Source of the DNA: Lobosporangium transversale
Taxonomy: Eukaryota
Assembly: GCF_002105155.1 (NCBI RefSeq)
Contig: NW_019028979.1
Coordinates: forward strand, 1,488,001-1,552,000
Reading direction: 5' to 3'
Length of the DNA stretch: 64,000 nucleotides
Shown one piece after another: positions 36,227 to 48,381 of this stretch. How positions within the stretch are numbered: the first letter of the stretch is position 1; each line of letters starts with the position of its first letter. The position numbers and the translations under genes are program-made. Below the pieces are notes generated by a model. It searched no databases, was not told the DNA's origin, and was given only the letters and a program-made list of their open reading frames with translations.

Positions 36227-37211
36227 TTAACCATCGACAACGGTTTCGTCAACATTCTCATCATCAGCCTCATCATCAACCCCATCATCCGCGTCGAACG
36301 CGACCATGGCAGTCGTAGGATCATCTTCTCTTAAAGGCACGATTTCATTCATATGCTTCTCCAGGGTGTTATCCCGATCCTTTCTTGCTTGGAAGAACTT
36401 GAATATGTCTGGCATCGCATCCACGATCGTGAAATCAAACTCCTGAGATCCAGCCATAACACAGTTGCAGCCAACAATCTCTCGAAACTCGACCTTACCC
36501 TTTTCTCCTTGCTCCGATTGCATGTACGTGACAGTATTCTATGTGATTACAAAAGAAAAAAACAAAAAAAGTTTAAAAGGTGTAATGATTAAAATGAGAT
36601 GTTTCTTTTCTTTTTTTTTTTTTTTTATTTTTTTTATTTTTTTTATTATTATTATTATCCCACTTACCAGTGACAGCCATTTCCGGAACTTGGATTCCGG
36701 ATAGGGAGTAATGGTATGAGAGCTATCAATGACGGCAACGGCAGAGACACGATCCTTAAATGCATCAACTAGCATAGTTTATAAAACAAGTGAGTAAATC
36801 TTTAATCATCGAGGGCAAAGAAGACAGTTCAATCCAGCGATTTGAACCCTCAGAAGGCTTACATTGTTCATGAAGAGCCTGGATCAGTGCATGACCGCCA
36901 TATTTGTGAGCGATAAAGAAAATCTCGCGCGAGGCAAAGGTTCTATAAAGATCAAGAACCACAGCATTTGTCTTTTAATATATATTGTTTGTCTATATAA
37001 AAGACTTTTTTTTTTTTTTTTTTTTTCCTTTGCAATAGCAATAGGGATTGTTAAGCAGGGATTTCATGCTCGGCGGTGAACAAACTTACTGGACATATTG
37101 GCGAAGGACATAGTCAACATGTTCCTCAGGGCTTCCAGAGTCTAAATTGTGAATCCAAAACTCCTTTTTAGTGGACAGCGAAATCACGTAGTAAAGGCTA
37201 AATTAAATATT

Positions 37212-37247
<36 letters not shown>

Positions 37248-37591
37248 AAACATACTTGGGATCATCTTGTATTGTTTCTTTATATTAATGGGGAGTGTCA
37301 GCTGTAGATGGATAGATGGATGGATAGATAGATAGATAGATAGGAGGAGGAGGAGTAAGTGATGAGGTCAAATGTTCCTTTTTCCCAAGCATTGACTATT
37401 AAAGAGATTGTTTGGTCATTGATCAGAAAGCTTACTGAAGGGCATCCGTCGACCCAGAAATGGGTGTTGGGATTTGTTATGAGTACACCGAAACCTTCTT
37501 GACGAGCCCAACGGACAACAGAAAGCATGGATCCAATCTATTTTGCAAAAAAAAAGTCGGACTGTCAGCTGTCAATTGTCAGACCAATCTT

Positions 37592-37630
<39 letters not shown>

Positions 37631-37663
37631 GGAATGAGGGGGGAATGAGGGGGGAATGAGAGG

Positions 37664-37695
<32 letters not shown>

Positions 37696-38169
37696 TACCT
37701 CGACATGATGATTGGCGAGCAATCGACGCGACCAAGAGCCAAGACTATGTTACATTCAGACAAATGGAAAAAAGTTTTAAAGATCAGGAGAATGTCCAAT
37801 TAAATCAAAGATTAACGTGGATCAGCAAACAGGGAAAGTGATCTTACGACTCATTTGTTGACGCGACAAGGACCAGCAAACGCTTGCAATCTTTGGCATC
37901 ATTCCTTTAAAAGGGAGGGAAAAAAATTAAAAAAAAAAAAAAAAAAAAAAGGTAGAAAGCTTTAAATAACATTTACAGCATAGATGGATTCATTCTGTCA
38001 TCAGGGTCAATATGAATGAATATGAATGTGTACATACGAAATCAAAATGTGGGCATATGGAGTATCAGTTCCTTCGGCATCCACAGGTACGGTTGCTTTG
38101 ACCATTCCGCATTCATCCTCAATGCGCTTGATCATGATTCGCATAATAGCATCTTTTTAAGAGATTTGT

Positions 38170-38204
<35 letters not shown>

Positions 38205-38587
38205 AAGGATAGTAATTGGTTATTGATGAGTGGATAGGATGGAAGAAGGCCAAGCAGATGAGACTCACCTCCCAAGGCGCGAGCATGGGCTTCCTGATAT
38301 TCTCGATTCTTTGCCTTCAAATCAAACACGTATTGTTTCCCTAATGGTTCATGATTGTACGAATGATGATGAGGGCAAGGATTTAGTGGACATGGATTTT
38401 AATATGGTTTTATTATTTTTCAGGAAGAGAAAAAAATAAAAAAAAGTACGTGCAAGATGTACGTATGTTGTATTTTCACACCTGACTCGTCAATGAGATG
38501 ACCGTGTTCATCGATGGAGTACTTTAATTCCTCAAGGGTCTCTCCAAAGGTAGGAGGAGGAGGTCGCTTGATGCGGCGGCGATACAT
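36227..38587 (-). CDS. Arb2-domain / FAM172A (ARB2A)-like alpha/beta-hydrolase-fold protein, about 11 exons
   Basis: Spliced MYRRR..PP.F.ETLEELKY.IDE.G, RLLVLV, LGSWSRR, IGSMLSVVRWARQEGFGVLITNPN, SPEEHVDYV, FFIAHKYGG, RVSAVAVIDS; acidic tail. Confidence 0.85.
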
Positions 38588-39269
38588 ACTCCAACGTGGT
38601 TAGATAGAGAAGAGGGGAGAAAAGAAGAAGAAAAGAAAAGAAAAGGGGGATGAATGAATGAATGACTTGCTGTTGTTGTTTGATGAGTTGATTAGTGTTG
38701 ATGAGTTTCGAAACAATAAAAAAAAAAAAAAAAAAAAGAAAAGGCCGTCACATTATCACATTGAAATGATTGAAAAGTCTGTTAGAATTAAAAAAGGAAG
38801 ACGTGTGCCCTGAAAAAAAAAAAATTTTTTTTTTGTTGTTGCATGGACATGGACATGTTATTCTTCAAGGGCTCTCAGGCTCTCATATCCTTAATACAGC
38901 TGTATTATATATAATAATATGACATGTAGAATAAAAGAGAAGAAAAGAGAAGAAAAGAAAAGATTGTTAGAATAAAATGTCCCTTGGAGAGGATCAGCTT
39001 TGGAACCAGAAAGTAGGGGGGAAGGGGGAGAATGGATGGGCAGGGTGTATGGGATGAAGAGTACGTTGGTCCATGTGATTGCTGAAAATGGTTCTTTCAT
39101 GCCAACACAATGATATGCATTCTAGATGCAAATATTTTATATTTTATTCCAAATAAAAGGATCAATAATAAAAAAGGAGAAGAGATCCCAAAAAATCAGT
39201 TGGCGCGCGAAATAAAAAAAAAAAAAAAAAAAGGAACTATCGCATCACTTGCATGATTTGATTTTTATG

Positions 39270-39305
<36 letters not shown>

Positions 39306-39566
39306 ACAGAGTTTAGACTTTTTGTTAAAACAATCAATTCAGTCAGTCAGTCAGTCGATGCATCCTTCTTTCTTTCTTCTTGTTCTTCTTCTTGTTCTTG
39401 TCCTTTTTTAGTTTCTGTCCTTCCCTTTCGTTGTCTTTTTCTCTTCTTCTTTCCCCCCCTTTTCATCTTTACGCTAGTCCACTTTTCACATCAGACTTTG
39501 CCTCACTCCTGCCACTGCCACTACTACCACCACCACCATCACCACTTTTTTTTATTTTTTTTATTC

Positions 39567-39637
39567 TCATTGTTCATTGTTCATTGTTCATTGTTCATTG
39601 TTCATTGTTCATTGTTCATTGTTCATTGCTCATTGTT
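39567..39637. repeat. Heptanucleotide microsatellite (TCATTGT)n
   Basis: About 9-10 near-perfect copies of TCATTGT. Confidence 0.9.
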
Positions 39638-40697
39638 TCAACTGTTGACAAAGGTATTTCATGTTTAAGCTCTTTAATACTCTGCACAAGTAACAACAGC
39701 CAAAAGAGACTGCCATGTTCTTTATTTCATCTTCCTTTTCTCTTATTCTCTTATCCTCTCTTTCTCTTTTTTCTTTTAAAAGGAAAGGATGGTAGGGGAT
39801 GTTATAATTTGGTGTTATCAGAACTGGGTTAGGGAGAAGGGATGGGGGCATGACAGACACCCAAAAATGCCCTTTTAAATTTTTTTTCTAATTATTTGTT
39901 TGTGCTGAGTATTTTTTTCTTTTGTCCACAATTTGGTTTTTGGTTCATAAACACTGCCTATCTGTGTGTGGGTTGCATTTCTTTTGCATCTGCGGTGTTT
40001 TTATTTTATTTTATATATTTATATTATTATTTCTATTGTCTTCTCTTCTGCTCATCAATATCATTGCTCTTTTTTTATTTTTTTTTATTCCTCTCCTGCC
40101 CTTCTTTCCTTCTTCTCTCTTTCTCTTTCCTTCTCTCTTTCTCTTTCCTTTCTTTCTTTCTTTCTTTCTTTCATTCTCTCATTCTTTCATTCTTTCATTC
40201 TCCTCTCCTCTCCTCTTTTGTTTTATTTCACCAACCCAACAGTTCATACATCGGATCCTGTCCCCTCTCTCTCTCTTCCATTCTCTTATCACCATCACCC
40301 ATCACCATCACTTGTTCCTCATCAACCCTTTTTTAGCTTTTTTTTTTTTCTTTCTTCCTTTGCTCTGTCTTCGCTCTGTCTCGCATCACTGTCTTTTAAT
40401 TATTATTTTTTTCCTTCATTCGTATGTGAGTGCTCATGACGGATTCCACTTGCTAATCATTTCTTTTATTACTATCATTATCAGTATTATCGTTATTACC
40501 ACTGTTACTTTTTTTTTTTTTTTTTTGTTTTTATTTTTTTTTATGTATATGTTATTCATATCATTATCATTATTATTATTTTTATTACTATTGCTATCAT
40601 GATGATCATTACTTAATCCATGGCAACTATACATGACCATGACCATCATTTTAAGTATATACTTGAATGCGTTGCTTTTTTTTTTTTATTTTTTTAC

Positions 40698-40733
<36 letters not shown>

Positions 40734-41148
40734 CATTATTATCATTATCTTTAAAGATGTCTGAAAAGAGAATGTAAAAGACGGGTGTGGATGGGTGGTC
40801 CAAATCTTGATGTTTAGTTTGGTCAAACAACCACCCAAACAAAACAACAAAGAGCATGACTTTATTTGAGAATGGGTCCTAGAGTTTTTTTTATTTTTTG
40901 TTGTTGTTGTTGTTGTTGACCAAGAGAGAAATGTTTGTATTATTTGATCACACATTACGTTTGGACATTCAATTCAAACTGTGCTGTGGGTAGTTTAAAA
41001 ATTTCAAATTGGTTTATTATTATTCAACTCGACTCAATCGGATTATACAGATTTATATTTTTTCTTTCTTTCTTTCTTTCTTTCTTTATTATTATCTTTG
41101 TTTAAACTGAATATCAAACTTAATTTCATTCACTCCCTGTTCGTAACC

Positions 41149-41181
<33 letters not shown>

Positions 41182-41689
41182 TTTTGTTTGTTTATATGCA
41201 TTCGCTTTCCTTTTTTTTCCTTTCTCTTCTCTTCTCTTCTCTTCTCTTCTCTCTCTCCTCCATCCTTCCCTTCCACTCCTCACATCTCTTTTGTCTATCC
41301 TTTTTGGATTTTGTCTATTGTAAAACGTGTATGTGCGTCGCCTCCTTCTCTCTTCTCTCTCTTTTTTTTTTTTTTTTTTTTTGTCTGTCTTTTCTTTGGT
41401 CTTGAACTGTGTCCCTGTTGTACGGATAAAAAGTGCGATCCTCCCGCCCTCTTCCCCCTTTTTTTTTTTTTTTTTTTTTTTTCTTGTTTCTCTTCCCTTC
41501 TGTGCACATTCACAAGACAATGCAGCGCCATCATCAACAATGAACCCTTGCGCGGTCTTTTTTTTTTTTTTTTTTAACCTCTTCTTTTAGTCCGTCCTTG
41601 ATGCAATCATCATATTTTCTTCCATTGACCATGATTTACACTTGTTCATCTTGATTGGTGCGCGACTATTTCTTTATTCTTTAGTCTTG

Positions 41690-41727
<38 letters not shown>

Positions 41728-42039
41728 CATTACAAAGCTTAGTCGATTCATTATCGTTCGAGTGTGATTTCCATCCTGATGAATCCTTTTCTGTGCATCA
41801 TTGATCTCTTTCTCAATCTATTTTTTTTTTCTTTCTTTCTTTCTTTGAACCTTCGTTTCAGTGCTATTGTCTGTTCTTCTCCCTAATCTATTTTATACTT
41901 CTTGTTCTTGCTCTCAAAATAGAAAATCGTTTTTTTTTTATTTTTTTTAATTATTGTTGATCGCACACTCACACGAGCCATCGACGCCAACAGAAACAGA
42001 AACAGAATCAAAACCAAAAATCAAATTCACCAAAACCAA

Positions 42040-43761
42040 ATGCACCAACAGCCATACCAACCGCTCCCCATCCATCCACAACAGCATCCTTATCCCCCAC
42101 ACCCACACCCAGACATGGACCCGCACCCAATGCACTCATATCCCCCTCAACCCAGAGCCTCTTCCCACTCCAGGTCCCACTCTCGCTCAAACTCGGGTAT
42201 CTATCCTCCACATGGCCAGTTTCCTCCCATGCCACCACACGATGGATTCCCACCTTACCACCAAGCTCCCTATCCTCCGCCCCCTGTCTCCATGATGGCC
42301 CCACCAGAATCCGTAAACATCGATAGGCATTCACGCTCACACTCCCAGTCAATGTCCAGTATCCATCAGTCCCCTCCAAACGGATATCGTACTTCCCCAC
42401 GTATGCCCAATCTAGATCCCCATGGATGGTCTGCTCCTCCTCCTTCTCTTCCTCCTCAGCACCATTCCTCCTTCATCTCTCCACCTCCTCCTCCTCCTCC
42501 TTCAGATCACCATCTTCATCAGCGTCCCTCACATCATCCTCATCCATATCATGTCACATCTCCCCATCGATCCCACTCACGCACTCCTTCCTATTCACAT
42601 TCTCGATCTCACTCTCTTTCCCAACCTCCGTTCGCTCCTCAACATCCTATCCAACCCTCACCCAGACATGCCTCCCCTTCTCTCTCGACCACCGCTCCTC
42701 GGTATGTTCAAGAAGCTTATCCAGACAGGGTCGATCCAGTACGTTTCCCCCCCGTACCTCAACAGCCTGCCATCTCAACCGTACCCCCCGCCTCCGAAAC
42801 ACAACGGACACCCGTCGTAGAGGACGAAGACGAGAATGATGGAGAGATCATCTTGGATTCCACATCTGGTCAACCTGCAAATGGACAACCAGATGAAGAG
42901 TCTATCGGCTCCATCAAGTGTCCTGACTGCGGTAAACTATACAAACATTCTACCTCCTTGTCAAAGCATCGCTGGGAGCACTCCATGTACTGGAAGGTAA
43001 CGAATTTTGAAAATCTTTTTTAAAAAAAAAAAAAAACCTTACTTGTTTATTATAATTTTACTAATCCAATCATGGAACATCATAATTGCCTTTTATAGTC
43101 TGCTGCCAAATTCTTATTGACCAAGCATCAACAAGTCCAGATGATGGAGGCAGCCTCCATTCTTATGGGTATTGAGGGTCATGGCGAAACTGACCCGGAT
43201 CCGATTGTCAGCATGTATGTCAAGCAGCGTGGCCAGCCTGTCACAGGTCCCTCCACTGCTGCCTCTGCCTCTCCTCCCCCCTCAATAAAGTCGCTCTCGA
43301 TCTCTCCTCCTCCCATGCCTGAGCGCGTGGTGATGAAACAGGAGCCCTCTTCAACAATGATGAGTCCTCCGACGCTCCATGGTAGGATGACAAACATGGG
43401 TACGAGACACTCCGTCACCTCTACCACATCCTCCGCATCCTCAATGTCCTCTACACCACCTTCCCTGGCTCCTGATGATGAAAGTATTGTCGAAGTCGAT
43501 GATGAGTCCCTGATGTCCGTACCTCCCCATTTCCGCCATCAACATCAGCACCAGCACCAGCACCAGCATCAGCATCAGCATCATCAGCGTCCTTCGCATC
43601 ATCAGATGCCCCCAACCATGGACAATGGGCAGAAACATGTTGATCCACAGTTTTATCAACATGATCCCCGTTATGCTCCTTATCCTCACCCACATCAGCA
43701 AGGGCATCCTCTTCCACAGCATCCGCAGTCCTATGCTCCCTATTACAATGATCAACATTAA
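42040..43761 (+). CDS. His/Pro-rich protein with a single C2H2 zinc finger, probable transcription factor (2 exons; intron 42997-43098)
   Basis: CPDCGKLYKHSTSLSKHRWEH finger followed after splicing by KHQQVQMMEAASIL, a motif pair I recognise from a conserved fungal C2H2 family. Confidence 0.85.
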
Positions 43762-43807
43762 GATCCATAGTCTTGTTTAACCAATCATTTTTCATTCATT
43801 TGTTCTC

Positions 43808-43847
<40 letters not shown>

Positions 43848-44001
43848 ACCTTCTGCCTCAATTTTTGGTCAACTTGTGCATGTACATATCACTTTTTCAT
43901 CACTTTTGTCAACCCATCATAACATACTTCTTTTATTCGTTTATCTTTCATTTTTTTTTTTTTCAGAAAATAATAATAATAATAAAAAAAGATGAAGTGC
44001 T

Positions 44002-44033
<32 letters not shown>

Positions 44034-44195
44034 CTCTTCATATTTCTTCTACAAATTTAATGAATTGATAGTTTCAACACTTCATTTTTTATTTTTATAT
44101 TTTTTTTTTTTTTTTTTTTTTTTTCCATGCTTCTTCCTTGAATATCTATGTATATATAATCTTCTTCATATAGTACGATCCCTGAACATCCTCAT

Positions 44196-44650
44196 CTATG
44201 CCAACAAGTCTTTGACAAACATCTCATAGTTGACATTTCCATTGCTATCCACCACAGCGCCCGAAAGGAAGGCATCAATCTCCTCCGGACTCAATACCTC
44301 GCCCATGCTTGTCAAAACTAGAAGCATGCAACAATGTCCAGGAAGAAGATAAAAGAGGAGGAAAAAATATATTAGGAACTCTTTTTCTTTTTCCTTTTTC
44401 TTTTTTTTAAATAAAAAAGTAAAATAAAATACATATTTTGTTAAATACCATGGCGAAGTTCTGTGGCTGAGATAGTCCCGGTGTTATTGGGATCAAATGC
44501 CTTAAAGCCATCAATCAGTTCTGCAGCCGTTCCTGCAGGTTTAAATCCATCAGGGCGCAACGCGACTTTTGTGAAAGATTCAAAGTTCATGATGGTGGAG
44601 CCTATATATATATATATTCGTTAACATTGATAAACATTATGGATAATCAT

Positions 44651-44682
<32 letters not shown>

Positions 44683-45189
44683 GATCAAAGTGCGATTTGG
44701 TTAGTTTCAAGAGATAATACAAGTCTATTTTACTTGTTTTATCTACTAAGGCTGAACAACGCTTAAAAAAAAATATACAGGTACGTATAAATATATATAA
44801 ATATGTAATATACCTGAAGGATCAGCCTGGGCGATCAATTCTTGGATTTCAGCTTGAGTAGGGTTCTGACCAACAGAGCGCAACAAGTCACCGAGCGAGC
44901 TAGTGGGGACGTTACCTGTGCCCTTGCGATCAAACAAGTTGAACGCATCCTTGAGTACTAAAAACGTATGAAAAGAAAAAAAAAGAGGGATCCAATATTA
45001 ATAATATAATCATAGTCATAGTCATAGTCATAGTCATAAAAAAAAATTAGAGGTAAGTCGAGATGTAAGTTGAGTATTCCTGTCTCTGCCTTCTTCTCCA
45101 AGTATTCGAGGTAACTTTTTTTTTCTTTTTTCTTTTTTCTTTTCTTTCTCTCTCTTTTTTTTTTTCTTTGTTGAATAAAAAAAAAAAAA

Positions 45190-45221
<32 letters not shown>

Positions 45222-45538
45222 GTGTTCTTTCCAAATATCGTTTTCAGATTGTCGGTCTATTTTGGATCCCATGATAAAGTAAAGTGCCTCTATTGTCTAC
45301 TCTGTGTATCATTACCCTTTGTCTGATCCTTGTTTGCTGCAGCCTATTTCAATCGAGAAAGAAAAGGATAGAAAATAAAAAAAAAAAGAAAAAAGAAAAA
45401 AAGATCATCAAGGACCCCCATTGGTTAAAAGATTTGTTAATGGACAGCTGCATAGACCAGTGAGAACAAAAGAAAATAAAAAAAATAAAAAAAATAGAAA
45501 ATAAAAAAACAAAAACGCATTCGAGTAGCACGTACCAT
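44196..45538 (-). CDS. MLC1: Myosin essential light chain (Mlc1/Cdc4-like EF-hand protein), 5 exons
   Basis: Reconstructed M|AAANKDQTK|VLKDAFNLFDRKGTG...LGDLLRSVGQNPTQAEI...LRPDGF...GFKAFD...ELRHVLTSMGE.LS.EEID...VNYEMFVKDLLA*, close to S. pombe Cdc4; first coding exon is the ATG alone (45538-45536). Confidence 0.88.
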
Positions 45539-46654
45539 TATTGGTATCGATTAGTGTGAAGATTGAGATGAAATGTTTGCACGTTGAAGATGAGTAAGTG
45601 GAATTACGAGATGATGAAAAAAAAGAAAAGAGAAAAAAAAAAAGAAAAAAAAAGGGGGGGGGGGCGATGGAGGCGTGTGTGTGTGCAACCTTATCGCGTA
45701 GCACGTGACTTTTAAAGCGCGTTTTGTGCGCGTGAACCCTGGGCCTTGGCCACACACCTGTCCACCTGCATAGCATTTTGTAACACTTTCCATCCAAAGT
45801 AAACGTCTCTTTGTCTGCATGCACAACGCTATGTGCTATGTGTGCTCTGTGGGCTATGTATCACCGATTTTAATTTTTCGCCAAGAAAAGAAAAAAAGCA
45901 AAGAGAGAGTAACACATGAAGAAGAGAAAAGAGGAAGGAGGGTGATGTTGGCGAAGAATATTACGTGCCAGCGCAACTTTTTGCTTGGCTCATTGAAACA
46001 CCTTCCCTCTCTCCCCCCAACAAAGGTTAATAGTTTTCTATTTTTTTTTTTTGTAATGGGCAAACTTCAAAGTAAACATTCAGGAATATAAATATAAATC
46101 ATATTATTGATATTTTTGTCAATGGGTACATTAAATTGCTCAGCACATACAGGATCATGTGGGAAGTGAATAACACCACACCCTTTTTTTTTTTTCTTTG
46201 GGTCGAATCACATCTTGTGGGCCATCATCATGCTTCGCCTCTGCTCCTTTTGGTGCGGTTAACTATTTCATGCTTCTACTGCACCATGCAGGCAAGAAAA
46301 AAAAAAAAAAGGGGGGGGGTGTGGACTCTTGAAAGTAGGAGTAGGAAACGGAACCAACTTTTTTTTGAATGTTTCTTACCTCATTTTGTTTCGTTTGAAG
46401 TCTCTTCTTCTTTCCGTTACTTCTTTTACTTCTCTTACCTTTTTTTTTTTTTTTTTTTTTTTTCTTTTCACGTTCATTCATTTCTCATTCTTCTTTTTTT
46501 TTTTGTTCGTACAACATCAATTCAGCTTATATTTCTTCATACACAAACATAAAAAAGAAGTACTATTTCTTACAACTCGTCTCAAGCGAACACAAACCTG
46601 TACCATAGTTCAAAGACTGATCAGCCTGCCTTTCTGTTAGTCATTCTTTCCTAA

Positions 46655-48346
46655 ATGCAGAAAAAGAATGGTGGTTATGTGCCCCTGCATAACAATGACT
46701 CTGACCAACCCCCACAAAGTCAACAGGAAGACGAAGAACCTTCACACCACAGTAGCAATGAAGAAAGTGATAGCCCCACTCCACAAAGCCGCGGTCAACA
46801 ACCTCCAGTTCAAGGATATTCACACTCCCAAGTCATTGTCACACCAAGTGCTCAAAGTCAATCTGTGGATCAAACCAAGGACAATAGCGATGACGGCAGA
46901 AATCAAAAACCACAGGAGCAGCAACAGCGGTCGAAAGATACCCAACAATGTTTTTTAGATTCGACTGCGCCTGCGTCTGCGTCCACGCTTTCAGATACAA
47001 CTCGCCCATTTCCGCACGCCACCGTGTCTGCACCAGCTGCACCCCAGTCAACCCAATCAAACGTGTCATCCAATCTACCTTCGCTTCATTTTCCACGTTT
47101 CGGAGCCAAACGCAAGAGTCTTGGCAACTCTGCCATGAGTGACGCTGGATCAAGTTCTCCTTATGCCCGTTTCGCAGTCTCTAAATCTCTGACTGGTACC
47201 ACTACTGGTGTCTTCAGTAACAGCAACAGCAGCAACAATCGCAATCACGACAGTAGTAGCAATATAGCCAATATGGCCCCTGAGCTAGCCAACATTCGAC
47301 CGAAACAGCGCCCATATACTACACATTCAGGACCGCGGGGAATTGAAAAATCTCAGAAACAAGAAGTCTTGCGAGAGATTCGTCCTGACCCACATAATCT
47401 CCCAGAGGAACTGCTGAGGGAACAGGCTCGCAGTGGTGCAGCAGTAGATGCGCTTTACCAACAGCAACAGCAACAGCAACAGAATGAGGTTCATCCTCAA
47501 AGCAGCCCTGGCAGCGGTATCGGCAGTCATGGCCATGCAGCTAGTGGAGAAAGAGGAACACTCCTCGGAGCAGGGGATGGTCTTGGGCTTGGAATCGGCT
47601 TGGGTGGGAAAGCAAATGCAACACCTCATTCCCGCTGGGGTCGACGACCGATCCGAAGAAAGAAAGGTGTACCGAGTACTGGACTGGGTAAAGAGAATGA
47701 TCAACGAGTGATTCATTCGTCTGTGTTTTTACCTGTCCATGTATCAGTTGTAAGTCCCAAAATATTTCAAAAAAAAAAAAAAAAAAAAAAAAAAATAGCA
47801 GTCTGTCATTGGGAAATTCAGACATTTGTACATGCAAGGAACGTTTGGCTGCATGTTTGGTCCCGTAGAAGGCACAGAATACCGCTTTTCATGCCCAAAA
47901 AAAAAAAAAAAAAAAAAAAAAATTCAGGATAGGCCTGGCTGAAATGCTGATACACAAGTCTTTAAGGATAACTGTTGACGCACATACATTTTTTTCCTTG
48001 GTGCGGTAAAATAGCCTATGACTCCCCCGCCTGCATTGACACCAGATCATGCAGAGCCTATGACCAGCGAGCGATTTGTTGCAATCGTAGACTCTGTCAA
48101 AGAAGCGATCCACTCTGGAATTCAGCCATTAAGAATTGCTCAGGGCTCATCAGGGTCCTACTTTTGCAGGAACGTGGAGGGCAAGATTGTCGGAGTTTTC
48201 AAACCCAAGAACGAGGAGCCTTATGGTCAACTGAACCCCAAATGGACAAAGTGGATCCATCGAAATTTGTTTCCATGTTGCTTCGGGCGTAGCTGGTAAA
48301 GATAGGACAATCATATCAATGACGTGTATGGAAAAAAACCTGTTTT

Positions 48347-48381
<35 letters not shown>

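Noticed and set aside
37628..37663. GGGGGGAATGA x3 intronic repeat as a G-quadruplex element
   Set aside because: Only three long G-tracts, on the template strand, embedded in slippage-prone sequence; no sign of function.
37538..37698. Intron in the Arb2-like gene with 5' site GTATCTTT, resembling a U12 minor-intron donor
   Set aside because: The TTT is the start of a poly(T) tract and the branch region is U2-like (GCTGAC) with no TCCTTAAC; most likely an ordinary U2 intron.
39249..41590. Many Phe/Leu/Lys-rich ORFs in the ORF track (also about 45000-46640, 52500-53400 and 59100-61200)
   Set aside because: They result from stop-poor poly(T)/poly(A) and microsatellite sequence; no coding-like composition or motifs.
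44196..44957. EF-hand gene considered as calmodulin
   Set aside because: First loop lacks the position-12 Glu and the sequence follows the Cdc4/Mlc1 pattern (RPDGF, LTSMGE) rather than the near-invariant calmodulin sequence.
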